Positions 1-7,425 of a DNA stretch of 64,000 nt are shown piece by piece. The notes beneath the pieces are model-generated. The model was not told the origin of the DNA and made no database searches. It saw nothing but the letters and a program-made list of their open reading frames with translations. Source of the DNA: an uncultured Lentimicrobiaceae bacterium (lineage in GTDB: Bacteria; Bacteroidota; Bacteroidia; Bacteroidales; SKPS01); the NCBI GenBank assembly GCA_964652685.1, contig CAZZBS010000001.1:129298-193297 (forward strand), in the 5' to 3' direction. The position numbers and the translations under genes were made by a program. Each line of letters opens with the position of its first letter. The stretch's first letter is position 1.

Positions 1-1
1 C

Positions 2-295
2 CGGCGAGGACAAATTAAGAACTGTCTGGTTGATGGCCCTCTGGCGATTGACAACGCGATATCGAAAGAGGCAGCCATCCATAAGGGGATTGTAAGCGAA
101 GTGGCAGGTGATGCAGATATTTTGCTTACGCCGGACATCAATTCAGGCAACATCCTTTATAAGACCATGGGATTCATTGGAGGAGCTGTTTCAGCTGCTG
201 TTTTGATGGGAGCTTCGGTGCCTGTTGTGCTGACATCAAGGTCGGACAGTGACAGGAGCAAGATGTTATCGATTACCCTGGCTGCAGCCATGTAA
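2..295 (+). CDS. ptb: phosphate butyryltransferase, C-terminal fragment (5' end outside window)
   Basis: The frame is open from the window edge. The translation ...VDGPLAIDNAISKEAAIHKGIVSEVAGDADILLTPDINSGNILYK...VVLTSRSDS looks like the conserved C-terminus of Pta/Ptb acyltransferases. Butyrate kinase follows directly. Confidence 0.8.
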   Translation, partial: RRGQIKNCLVDGPLAIDNAISKEAAIHKGIVSEVAGDADILLTPDINSGNILYKTMGFIGGAVSAAVLMGASVPVVLTSRSDSDRSKMLSITLAAAM

Positions 296-323
296 TATAC
301 CATCAGCCCTAAATTCAGACATT

Positions 324-1400
324 ATGAGGGAACAACTGATTCTGACGATCAATCCCGGTTCCACGTCCACCAAAGTAGCCATCTTCGATGGGAACCGTCA
401 GGTGTTCCTCAAGAACATACGGCACAACAGCGAAGAGATTGCCAGGTTTGAAAGGATCACTGACCAGTATGAGTTCAGGAAGCAGATCATTCTGGATGAA
501 TTAAGATCGGCGGGCATCGAAGTGGAGAAGCTGAAGATTATCGTGGGAAGGGGTGGTCTTTTAAAGCCTATTCCCTCAGGGGTATATGAGGTGAATGAGC
601 AAATGAAGAAAGACCTTTCTGAGGGATACCTGGGTCAACACGCCAGTAATCTTGGTGGTTTGATTGCCAGTGACATAGCAGAGAGTTTACCAACAGCCAG
701 GGCTTATATTGCAGACCCTGTGGTAGTGGATGAGATGGAACCCATTGCCAGGATTTCAGGCCATCCGAACTTTGAACGCATTTGCATTTTCCATGCACTG
801 AACCAGAAAGCGATCGCCAGAGCACATGCCAAATTGCACAATGTCAAACCGGATGAGCTTAATCTGGTCATTGCACACATGGGAGGCGGTGTCAGTGTCG
901 GAGCACATGAGAAAGGGAGGGTTGTGGATGTTAACCAAGCGTTGGACGGTGAAGGCCCCTTTTCCCCCGAGCGAAGCGGGACCCTTCCTGCCGGCGCGCT
1001 GGTAAAAGCATGTTTCAGTGGTCAATATAACATGGGGGAAATAAAGAAAATGATCACGGGACAAGGAGGATTTGTTGCCTACCTTGGAACCAACAACACC
1101 ATGGAAATAGAACAGCGTGCAGAAAGTGGGGAGGAATCAGCAACGTTAATCCTGACAGCTTTTGCCTATCAGGTGGCAAAAGAGATCGGTGCAATGGCAA
1201 CCGTGATGAAAGGGAAGGTTGATGGCATTCTACTTACAGGAGGAATTGCTTATAGCAAAACCATTATTGGTATGATCAGGGAACGGATTGAATATATCGC
1301 CCCGGTGTATATATATCCGGGAGAAGATGAAATGAAAGCCCTGGCAATAAACGGGCTGATGGTACTGAATAATGAAGTCATACCCAAGGTATATGAATGA
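324..1400 (+). CDS. buk: butyrate kinase
   Basis: ORF-track ORF 249..1400 trimmed to ATG 324. MREQLILTINPGSTSTKVAIFDG is an ASKHA-type N-terminus of acetate/butyrate kinases. HMGGGVSVGAH and LTGGIAYS motifs are present, and the gene follows ptb. Confidence 0.9.
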   Translation: MREQLILTINPGSTSTKVAIFDGNRQVFLKNIRHNSEEIARFERITDQYEFRKQIILDELRSAGIEVEKLKIIVGRGGLLKPIPSGVYEVNEQMKKDLSEGYLGQHASNLGGLIASDIAESLPTARAYIADPVVVDEMEPIARISGHPNFERICIFHALNQKAIARAHAKLHNVKPDELNLVIAHMGGGVSVGAHEKGRVVDVNQALDGEGPFSPERSGTLPAGALVKACFSGQYNMGEIKKMITGQGGFVAYLGTNNTMEIEQRAESGEESATLILTAFAYQVAKEIGAMATVMKGKVDGILLTGGIAYSKTIIGMIRERIEYIAPVYIYPGEDEMKALAINGLMVLNNEVIPKVYE

Positions 1401-1471
1401 TACCTGGATGACACGTTTTCAGAATAACATTCCATTAACAAAACAAAGTAAAAGGTTAAATGTTAATCTAT

Positions 1472-1479
1472 TAACTTTG
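1472..1479 (+). promoter_or_regulatory. Bacteroidota sigma-A -7 box TAACTTTG
   Basis: Exact TAnnTTTG match, 17 nt upstream of GTG 1497. Confidence 0.4.
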
Positions 1480-1496
1480 CAGCATATACCTGCACC

Positions 1497-1961
1497 GTGA
1501 GGAAATTGACCGGACATATCGTTTCAGTGACGCTGGCACTTGTATTCCTTGTAAGTACCAGTGGTATCATGGTCTTCATTCATCACTGTCATCATCTGAA
1601 TAAAACCTACTCCTCTGTCTTCATTAACCTTGCTGAGCAATCACATTCATCCTGTCAGGAAGAAGAACCATCCTGTTGCAGTGAGCATTCCAAACAGCCC
1701 AACAGTGTATGTGGAGAGCCATGTTGCCAGAATATTGAATTCCTCATAAAAATATCACCTGATACTGAACCTGTCAAGAAAACTTTAAACAAGGTTCAAC
1801 CGGTTTTAGCATCTCAGATGCCAACCGAAAAGGATGGCATTTTTAAGGCCATCCACCATAACAAAAATGTCATTTATATACCTGCACCTGACAGATCACC
1901 CTGTGCAGGAAAGCGAATGGTAATCCAAAACCACCAGCTAAAAACGGGCGACTGTTGCTGA
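1497..1961 (+). CDS. small membrane-anchored Cys/His-rich protein of unknown function
   Basis: GTG start lies 17 nt after a TAACTTTG -7 box. One N-terminal TM helix (VTLALVFLVSTSGIMVFI) is followed directly by HHCHH. There are 10 Cys, including two internal CC pairs and a C-terminal CC. No enzyme motif recognised. Confidence 0.55.
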   Translation: MRKLTGHIVSVTLALVFLVSTSGIMVFIHHCHHLNKTYSSVFINLAEQSHSSCQEEEPSCCSEHSKQPNSVCGEPCCQNIEFLIKISPDTEPVKKTLNKVQPVLASQMPTEKDGIFKAIHHNKNVIYIPAPDRSPCAGKRMVIQNHQLKTGDCC

Positions 1962-2120
1962 TCATCCCCTGTCTTAGCAAATGCTGAAGACACGGACAGG
2001 TTTTATTTCCCTGGTAATCTTTTAAATTGAGCAAAACTCAGGTTGTAAATCCTAATATGGAGAGCCTGTCAGCTTGCAGGGAATATCAAAAAGCATAAAT
2101 AATCAACAGTATAGAAAGAG

Positions 2121-4337
2121 ATGAAAACAATAACTGCATTATTTATTTTATTAATTCCGCTGGGATTATCCGCAGCCAGGATCCAAGGCTTTGTGTATGA
2201 AGAGGAGGAGAAAGGGCAGCCCACACCTCTTCCCAATGTGCATGTTTTCTGGTCGGGCACATCGGTTGGAACTTTTACCAATGACGAGGGAAAGTTTACC
2301 ATTGAAAGGGTAAAGAGCACCGATATCCTGGTAGTCAGCTTTGCGGGTTATGAACGGGATTCATTGAAGGTAAAACCGGAAGAAGACCATATCAGCATTG
2401 CCCTGAGCCGCAATATTACCCTGAACAGGCTGGTGATTATGGCCCGACAATCGAGTACATACATGGATCATTATAATCCTATTGTCGTTCAGCACATCAC
2501 CGGATCGGAGCTGCACAAAGCTGCTTGCTGCAACCTGGGTGAGAGTTTCGAGACCAATGCTTCGGTGGATGTTTCTTACGGGGATGCCATTTCCGGGGCT
2601 AAAAAAATAGAGTTGCTTGGGTTAGCCGGGATTTACAGTCAGTTGATGATTGAGAACATCCCCGATTACCAAGGCTTTGGCCGCACCTTCGGATTAAATT
2701 ACATCCCGGGACACTGGCTGGAATCGATTTCTGTTTCCAAAGGGGCCTCCTCCGTAGTAACAGGTAATGAATCGATCACAGGGCAGGTCAATGCGGATTA
2801 TAAAAAACCAGACGGCAAGGAGGTGTTCTACCTGAATCTATACGGCAATAATCACGGCCATATAGAATTCAATTCCAATATTTCCCATAAAATGAACAAG
2901 AAACTGAGTACTATGCTGCTTGCCCATGGAGGTTATAACAACAAGCGATTTGACGGCAATGAAGATGGATTCATGGATGAACCGCTAACGAAGCGGCTAC
3001 ATTTCATGAACAGGTGGAAATATCTTTCCACTGATGGACAGCTTATGGGGCAGTGGGGTGTCAGTGGATTGTATGAAAAGCGTTTCGGAGGTGAAATGGA
3101 TTACGGTGAAAAGCAAAACGGAAATATTGGCAACCGGTATGGATTTGAGGTCAACACTAACCGATACGCTGCATTCCTGAAGGGTGGATATATGTTCAAA
3201 GGGCGTGCAGCCACCAATCTGGCATTTCTTAACAATATTTCGCTACATAACCAGGGATCTGCGTTTGGAAATAACCATCACCAGGTACGTCAGATCAGTG
3301 CAAACCACAGGATGGTTTTCGATACCTATATCAGCAACACAAGTCACATCATTCAGGCCGGTGCTTCCTTTCAGTATCAAGGGTATGATGAACATATCAA
3401 TGATTCCCTCATGAACTGTCATGAACGGATCCCGGGTGTATTCACACAGTACACCTATACTTTTCTTAAACAGTTCACGTTAATGGCCGGGATACGGGCT
3501 GATTTTAACAATATTTACGGATTTCAATGGACACCAAGGATTCATGTCCGATATCAGCCATTTGATAACACCATCATCCGGTTATCAGCCGGCAAAGGTT
3601 ACCGCACCATGCACATATTTGCAGAAAACCTGTTCCTGCTTGCCAGTTCCAGAGATATCAGATTCCTGGAGGAGCCAGACCAGGAGATCGCATGGAATTA
3701 CGGGCTACATCTGACCCAAAAAATGAAGATTGCCGGAAGGGATGCAACCCTTAACGGAGAGGCGTACCGGACAGACTTCATTTCACAGATCATCATTGAT
3801 TATGACAGTGACTTTGAATACCTTAATGTTTACAACCTTGATGGTGCTTCATATGCCAATAACATCCAGGTGGATCTCACCTTTGAACCGATAAAAAAGC
3901 TGGATGTGCTGCTTGCTGTAAGATTAAGTGATGTTAAGTCCACGGTGAACGGTGAATTGATACCTATGGCCTTTTCAAAACGATACAAGGGGTTGGTCAA
4001 TCTGTCCTACAAGACCGGGCTCGAAAAGTGGCAATTTGATTTTACCGCCCAGTTTAACGGTCCATCTAGACTGCCTGATAATACCGGCCTTCCTTCAGTG
4101 TATCAGAAAGAAAAAACTTCTCCTCCTTATACAATCCTGAATGCCCAGGTGACGAAATACTTCAGGATGTGGAATATCTACCTTGGAAGTGAAAATTTGA
4201 CTAATTTCGCCCAGCCAAATCCAATCATAGCTTCGGATGATCCTTTCGGAAAATATTTCGACGCTTCACAGATCTGGGGGCCTTTGCTTGGGAGAAAGGT
4301 TTATGCGGGAATAAGGTATAACATCAAGAGGTATTAG
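2121..4337 (+). CDS. TonB-dependent receptor with carboxypeptidase-regulatory-like N-domain
   Basis: Signal peptide, then an N-domain (IQGFVYEEE...NVHVFW...TNDEGKFTI). The plug region carries HKAACCNLGESFETNASVDVSYGD. A long beta-barrel ends ...VYAGIRYNIKRY with an aromatic C-terminus. Confidence 0.9.
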   Translation: MKTITALFILLIPLGLSAARIQGFVYEEEEKGQPTPLPNVHVFWSGTSVGTFTNDEGKFTIERVKSTDILVVSFAGYERDSLKVKPEEDHISIALSRNITLNRLVIMARQSSTYMDHYNPIVVQHITGSELHKAACCNLGESFETNASVDVSYGDAISGAKKIELLGLAGIYSQLMIENIPDYQGFGRTFGLNYIPGHWLESISVSKGASSVVTGNESITGQVNADYKKPDGKEVFYLNLYGNNHGHIEFNSNISHKMNKKLSTMLLAHGGYNNKRFDGNEDGFMDEPLTKRLHFMNRWKYLSTDGQLMGQWGVSGLYEKRFGGEMDYGEKQNGNIGNRYGFEVNTNRYAAFLKGGYMFKGRAATNLAFLNNISLHNQGSAFGNNHHQVRQISANHRMVFDTYISNTSHIIQAGASFQYQGYDEHINDSLMNCHERIPGVFTQYTYTFLKQFTLMAGIRADFNNIYGFQWTPRIHVRYQPFDNTIIRLSAGKGYRTMHIFAENLFLLASSRDIRFLEEPDQEIAWNYGLHLTQKMKIAGRDATLNGEAYRTDFISQIIIDYDSDFEYLNVYNLDGASYANNIQVDLTFEPIKKLDVLLAVRLSDVKSTVNGELIPMAFSKRYKGLVNLSYKTGLEKWQFDFTAQFNGPSRLPDNTGLPSVYQKEKTSPPYTILNAQVTKYFRMWNIYLGSENLTNFAQPNPIIASDDPFGKYFDASQIWGPLLGRKVYAGIRYNIKRY

Positions 4338-4417
4338 TTATCAGGGAAAAGAACATGAAAACAGGCATGTAAGAAAATGAATTAACCAAATAGTATCACT
4401 AATTAAATGATGAAAAA

Positions 4418-4978
4418 ATGAAGAGAACTGGTTTGTTTGCAATGTTATTCGCGGTATTGATATTAGGTTTCAGCCAGCTTCAGGCTACGAATCCAAAGAA
4501 AGAAACAGTGAAATTCTGGGTAAGTATGAGCTGTGTTTCATGCCAGCAGAAAATCATGGATAATATTCCTTTTGAGAAAGGGGTAAAGGATATGAAGGTT
4601 GATCTTGCAACCAAGACAGTTGAGGTAACATTTGATACCAGGAAGACCGACAGTGAAAAGATTCGGTCATCTATTGAGAAACTCGGCTACGAAGTCAGGA
4701 TATTAAAACCTGGTGAAGATGTTCAGGTTGCTGCTTCCGGACATTCCTGCAGCGGGCATTACAAAGGGGATGTATCACAAGATGGTTGCACCAGTAAAAA
4801 TGCTGATCATAAGTGTTCAGGGCAAAAGGATCCAAACCACAAATGTACTGCAGCACAAAAAAAAGATGCCAATCATACGTGCACCGGGAAAAAGGACCCC
4901 AATCACAAATGCACGGGACATGGCAATGAGGAATCCGGAAACAATGATGCCCATAAGTGCAATCACGGCGCAAAGTGA
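4418..4978 (+). CDS. periplasmic heavy-metal-associated (HMA) domain protein with His/Cys repeat tail
   Basis: Sec signal (LILGFSQLQA), then an HMA fold with a CxxC metal site (VSMSCVSCQQKI...VEVTFD...IEKLGYEV). The C-terminal ~80 aa carry repeated H-K/T-C units. Confidence 0.85.
   Translation: MKRTGLFAMLFAVLILGFSQLQATNPKKETVKFWVSMSCVSCQQKIMDNIPFEKGVKDMKVDLATKTVEVTFDTRKTDSEKIRSSIEKLGYEVRILKPGEDVQVAASGHSCSGHYKGDVSQDGCTSKNADHKCSGQKDPNHKCTAAQKKDANHTCTGKKDPNHKCTGHGNEESGNNDAHKCNHGAK
4733..4975 (+). repeat. coding tandem array of H-(K/T)-C metal-ligand motifs
   Basis: The tail contains GHSCSGH, DGCTS, ADHKCSG, PNHKCTA, ANHTCTG, PNHKCTG and DAHKCNH (7 Cys, 9 His). Two identical KDPNHKCT units (4826-4849 and 4892-4915) differ at 5 of 8 codon third positions. 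Confidence 0.8.
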
Positions 4979-5015
4979 TTTACAGAGGACCCGGATTTCC
5001 TAATATTACTGAGCA

Positions 5016-5059
5016 AACCCTGGTATGTCAATCGCGATATACCGGGGTTTTTATTTTTT
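5016..5059 (+). terminator. rho-independent terminator after the HMA gene
   Basis: Arm AACCCTGGTAT (5016-5026) pairs with ATACCGGGGTT (5038-5048) as an 11-bp stem with one G-U pair and an 11-nt loop. TTTTTATTTTTT follows. Confidence 0.65.
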
Positions 5060-5303
5060 CTTATTTATCATCTTCTTTGTAACTTTGTTAAAATATATCA
5101 ACAAAAGCGATATCATTATCAACCTATCCTGCATAGAAGCAACTACAGTTATTATGGCATTTTTGACAGTTACATTATACAGGTTTTCCTGTAACCTGAT
5201 GCAATAACTGTTTTCAAAATACGTAAACATGATAGTTGTACCATAGGAACAGGGTAGACGCAACCAAATTACAGTTTGGATCATCATTTACAAGCCGTCA
5301 AAG

Positions 5304-5876
5304 GTGAGAGAGCAAAGCCAGATCGGTGATATCATAGAGGGATGTACCCGCAACAACCAGCAGGCGCAAAAGATGTTATATGAGATGTACAGCGCAAAGC
5401 TTTTTGCTGTTTGTTTGGTTTATGCTTATGATCGTTCAGACGCTGAAGACATCCTGCATGACGGATTTATTAAGATATTAACCAACATAAAACAATACAA
5501 GGGAGACGGATCTTTTGAGGGCTGGATGAGGAAGATTATGGTCAACACAGCGCTGGAAAAGTATCGCAGGGATCACAAGATGATGGCAATTGCAGAGAAT
5601 ATTAAAAGCATGGTCGAAATGAGCGTGGAAGACATAATCGGACAGATAACAACGTCTGAGATCATGGAGGCAGTGCAGTCTTTGTCGCCACAGTACCGTG
5701 TTGTTTTTATGCTATATGCTGTGGAAGGGTATAATCACAAGGAGATCGGTGCGATGCTGGATATTACCGAGGGGACCTCCAAATCCAATTTGTCGAGGGC
5801 ACGATCGATACTTCAGGATAAGATCAGACAGATTTATGGCCATCGTTTAGTGCCTGGTCGAGTCATACAACTATAA
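5304..5876 (+). CDS. RNA polymerase ECF-type sigma-70 factor
   Basis: Region 2 (DAEDILHDGFIKIL...GWMRKIMVN) and a region 4 HTH (YNHKEIGAMLDITEGTSKSNLSRARSIL) are present. The start is GTG; a downstream ATG start is possible. Confidence 0.85.
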   Translation: MREQSQIGDIIEGCTRNNQQAQKMLYEMYSAKLFAVCLVYAYDRSDAEDILHDGFIKILTNIKQYKGDGSFEGWMRKIMVNTALEKYRRDHKMMAIAENIKSMVEMSVEDIIGQITTSEIMEAVQSLSPQYRVVFMLYAVEGYNHKEIGAMLDITEGTSKSNLSRARSILQDKIRQIYGHRLVPGRVIQL

Positions 5877-5912
5877 CGTAAGATTGAATGATAACCATCT
5901 ATACCATACACT

Positions 5913-7196
5913 ATGACACCGGATGATCATCTCATCGATAACAGGGTGAGGGAGGTGTTCACGGAATATGAATCTCAGCCACCCGGACATGTCTGGAACC
6001 GTCTCGAACAGACACTTTCCATCCGCCGTATGCAACAGGCACGTATTCGCAGAACATGGATGCTTGGGGCAGCTGCTTTACTGCTTGCTTTTGTAACCGG
6101 TTATTATACAGCGTTACATATCATACAACCGTCCACTCTGATACAGCCTTCCATGACAGCGGACTTACAGCCCCCTGTTGCAAAGGGGAGGCAACAGTCG
6201 CTGACTTCATCTCCAGGTACGGGCATTCAACCCGTAGCCGTTGGAGAAAGTAAAGCCGGGAATCTGCCATCCTTTTCCACGGACTACAGTAGAATGGCAA
6301 ACGAGCCTACCAGGGACCTGTTTACAGAAACCTCATTTATCGAACCTGCACAGGTTGCGTGGTCAGAAGAGTATTATATGCCTGATCTGTTGATTCCCCG
6401 CCATGACATCATCAAACTACAGGATTTTCTTCCTCCACAGATACCCTCCCTGGTTATTCCTGTCAAAAAGAAGCATCAAGACGAACGCTGGAGCATAGCA
6501 TGTGCTGCAGGGCAAACCTACAGCAACTATTACAATACCGGCACATCGGTGACAGATGGCAGCGAATATGATCATACACTATTGGGTTCCACCAAAGACC
6601 AGCTCAACAGGCCGATGGTATCTGCTACCATGACGGTGGATTACAGCTTTTCGAAACGCATTGGCCTTTCAACCGGTCTTTCGTATCACCAGTTTTCAAC
6701 ACAGCTTATTTCAGAGGCAGGAAGTGTTGCAACTCTAAGTTCAAATAAGCCTGTGATCAGTCCATTCGGAGATATTTCCTTCAATAGTGAAATCAGGGGC
6801 AACCTTGCTAAAAGCCCACTCCTTGAAATTAACTCAGGACAATTTGAGCAACATTTCTCCTACCTGGAATTTCCTGTGACAGGAAGGTTTCTGATAATCG
6901 ACCGGCAGGTTGGATTAGCTGTGAAAGCCGGTGTAGGTGCCAATCTTTTAACCGCCAACCAGGTTTTTCTGATCGAAGATGAAGAATCCAGCCAGGTGGG
7001 CCAGACCAAGGGGCTGAGGGATTTATACCTGAGCGGCATCATGGGGATGGAAATTTATATAAAGTTGCACCCCCGGTTGCTCTTAAGTTTTAATCCTGTT
7101 TACCGTCACGCTCTCCAGCCGGTAAGCAGCGAGAGCTCTTCTGATCCGCATCTGCTTTCCTTGGGATTGTATTCGGGGCTTCAGTACCAGTTTTAA
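5913..7196 (+). CDS. sigma-partner membrane protein with C-terminal beta-barrel-like domain (putative anti-sigma role)
   Basis: Begins 36 nt after the sigma gene. It has a short cytoplasmic N-terminus, a single TM (WMLGAAALLLAFVTGYY), a Pro-rich linker, and a C-terminal region with an alternating beta-strand pattern ending GLYSGLQYQF. Confidence 0.6.
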   Translation: MTPDDHLIDNRVREVFTEYESQPPGHVWNRLEQTLSIRRMQQARIRRTWMLGAAALLLAFVTGYYTALHIIQPSTLIQPSMTADLQPPVAKGRQQSLTSSPGTGIQPVAVGESKAGNLPSFSTDYSRMANEPTRDLFTETSFIEPAQVAWSEEYYMPDLLIPRHDIIKLQDFLPPQIPSLVIPVKKKHQDERWSIACAAGQTYSNYYNTGTSVTDGSEYDHTLLGSTKDQLNRPMVSATMTVDYSFSKRIGLSTGLSYHQFSTQLISEAGSVATLSSNKPVISPFGDISFNSEIRGNLAKSPLLEINSGQFEQHFSYLEFPVTGRFLIIDRQVGLAVKAGVGANLLTANQVFLIEDEESSQVGQTKGLRDLYLSGIMGMEIYIKLHPRLLLSFNPVYRHALQPVSSESSSDPHLLSLGLYSGLQYQF

Positions 7197-7393
7197 GTTT
7201 TATTACTTTCTTTGTGGGTAAAGTGATCTCTTTTACGATCAGATTCCTCACCCATATACTTTTCAGAATCCGCATAATCGGGCATAGTTTAGACCATGGA
7301 GAGGTCGTTGTGCCAATTATCCAAAGGCAAAGGGTCTGTTGTTCATCCGAACGACCTGATCCAATGGTGCCAGAAATTTTATATAAAATACTC

Positions 7394-7401
7394 TATATTT
7401 G
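7394..7401 (+). promoter_or_regulatory. -7 box TATATTTG upstream of acyl-CoA dehydrogenase
   Basis: Exact TAnnTTTG match, 24 nt upstream of ATG 7426. Confidence 0.45.
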
Positions 7402-7425
7402 CATCTCCAAAAATGATTGATAGCT

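Noticed and set aside
1962-2120. Possible riboswitch (for example cobalamin) upstream of the TonB-dependent receptor; mutA upstream was also checked
   Set aside because: The gaps are only ~160 and ~75 nt. I see no B12-box-like GCCACTG core or extended conserved stems. One weak 6-bp hairpin (CCTGTC...GACAGG) is not enough.
5080-5087. TAACTTTG box 217 nt upstream of the sigma factor start, and a GGAAC at 5246-5250 considered as an ECF-type -35
   Set aside because: The box is too far from the start to assign confidently. No credible -10 partner follows the GGAAC at 16-17 nt spacing. A single short match is within chance.
5178-5193. TACAGG-tttt-CCTGTA hairpin in the sigma upstream region
   Set aside because: A 6-bp stem with no following T-run and no partner feature. 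Such hairpins are common by chance in a 64-kb window.
5025-5287. Two overlapping ORFs (60 aa plus-strand, 78 aa minus-strand) in the AT-rich gap between the metal operon and the ECF sigma gene
   Set aside because: They start inside or just after the terminator T-tract. Their Ile/Phe/Lys/Asn-rich composition simply mirrors AT-rich DNA, and they overlap each other on opposite strands. There is no support for either.
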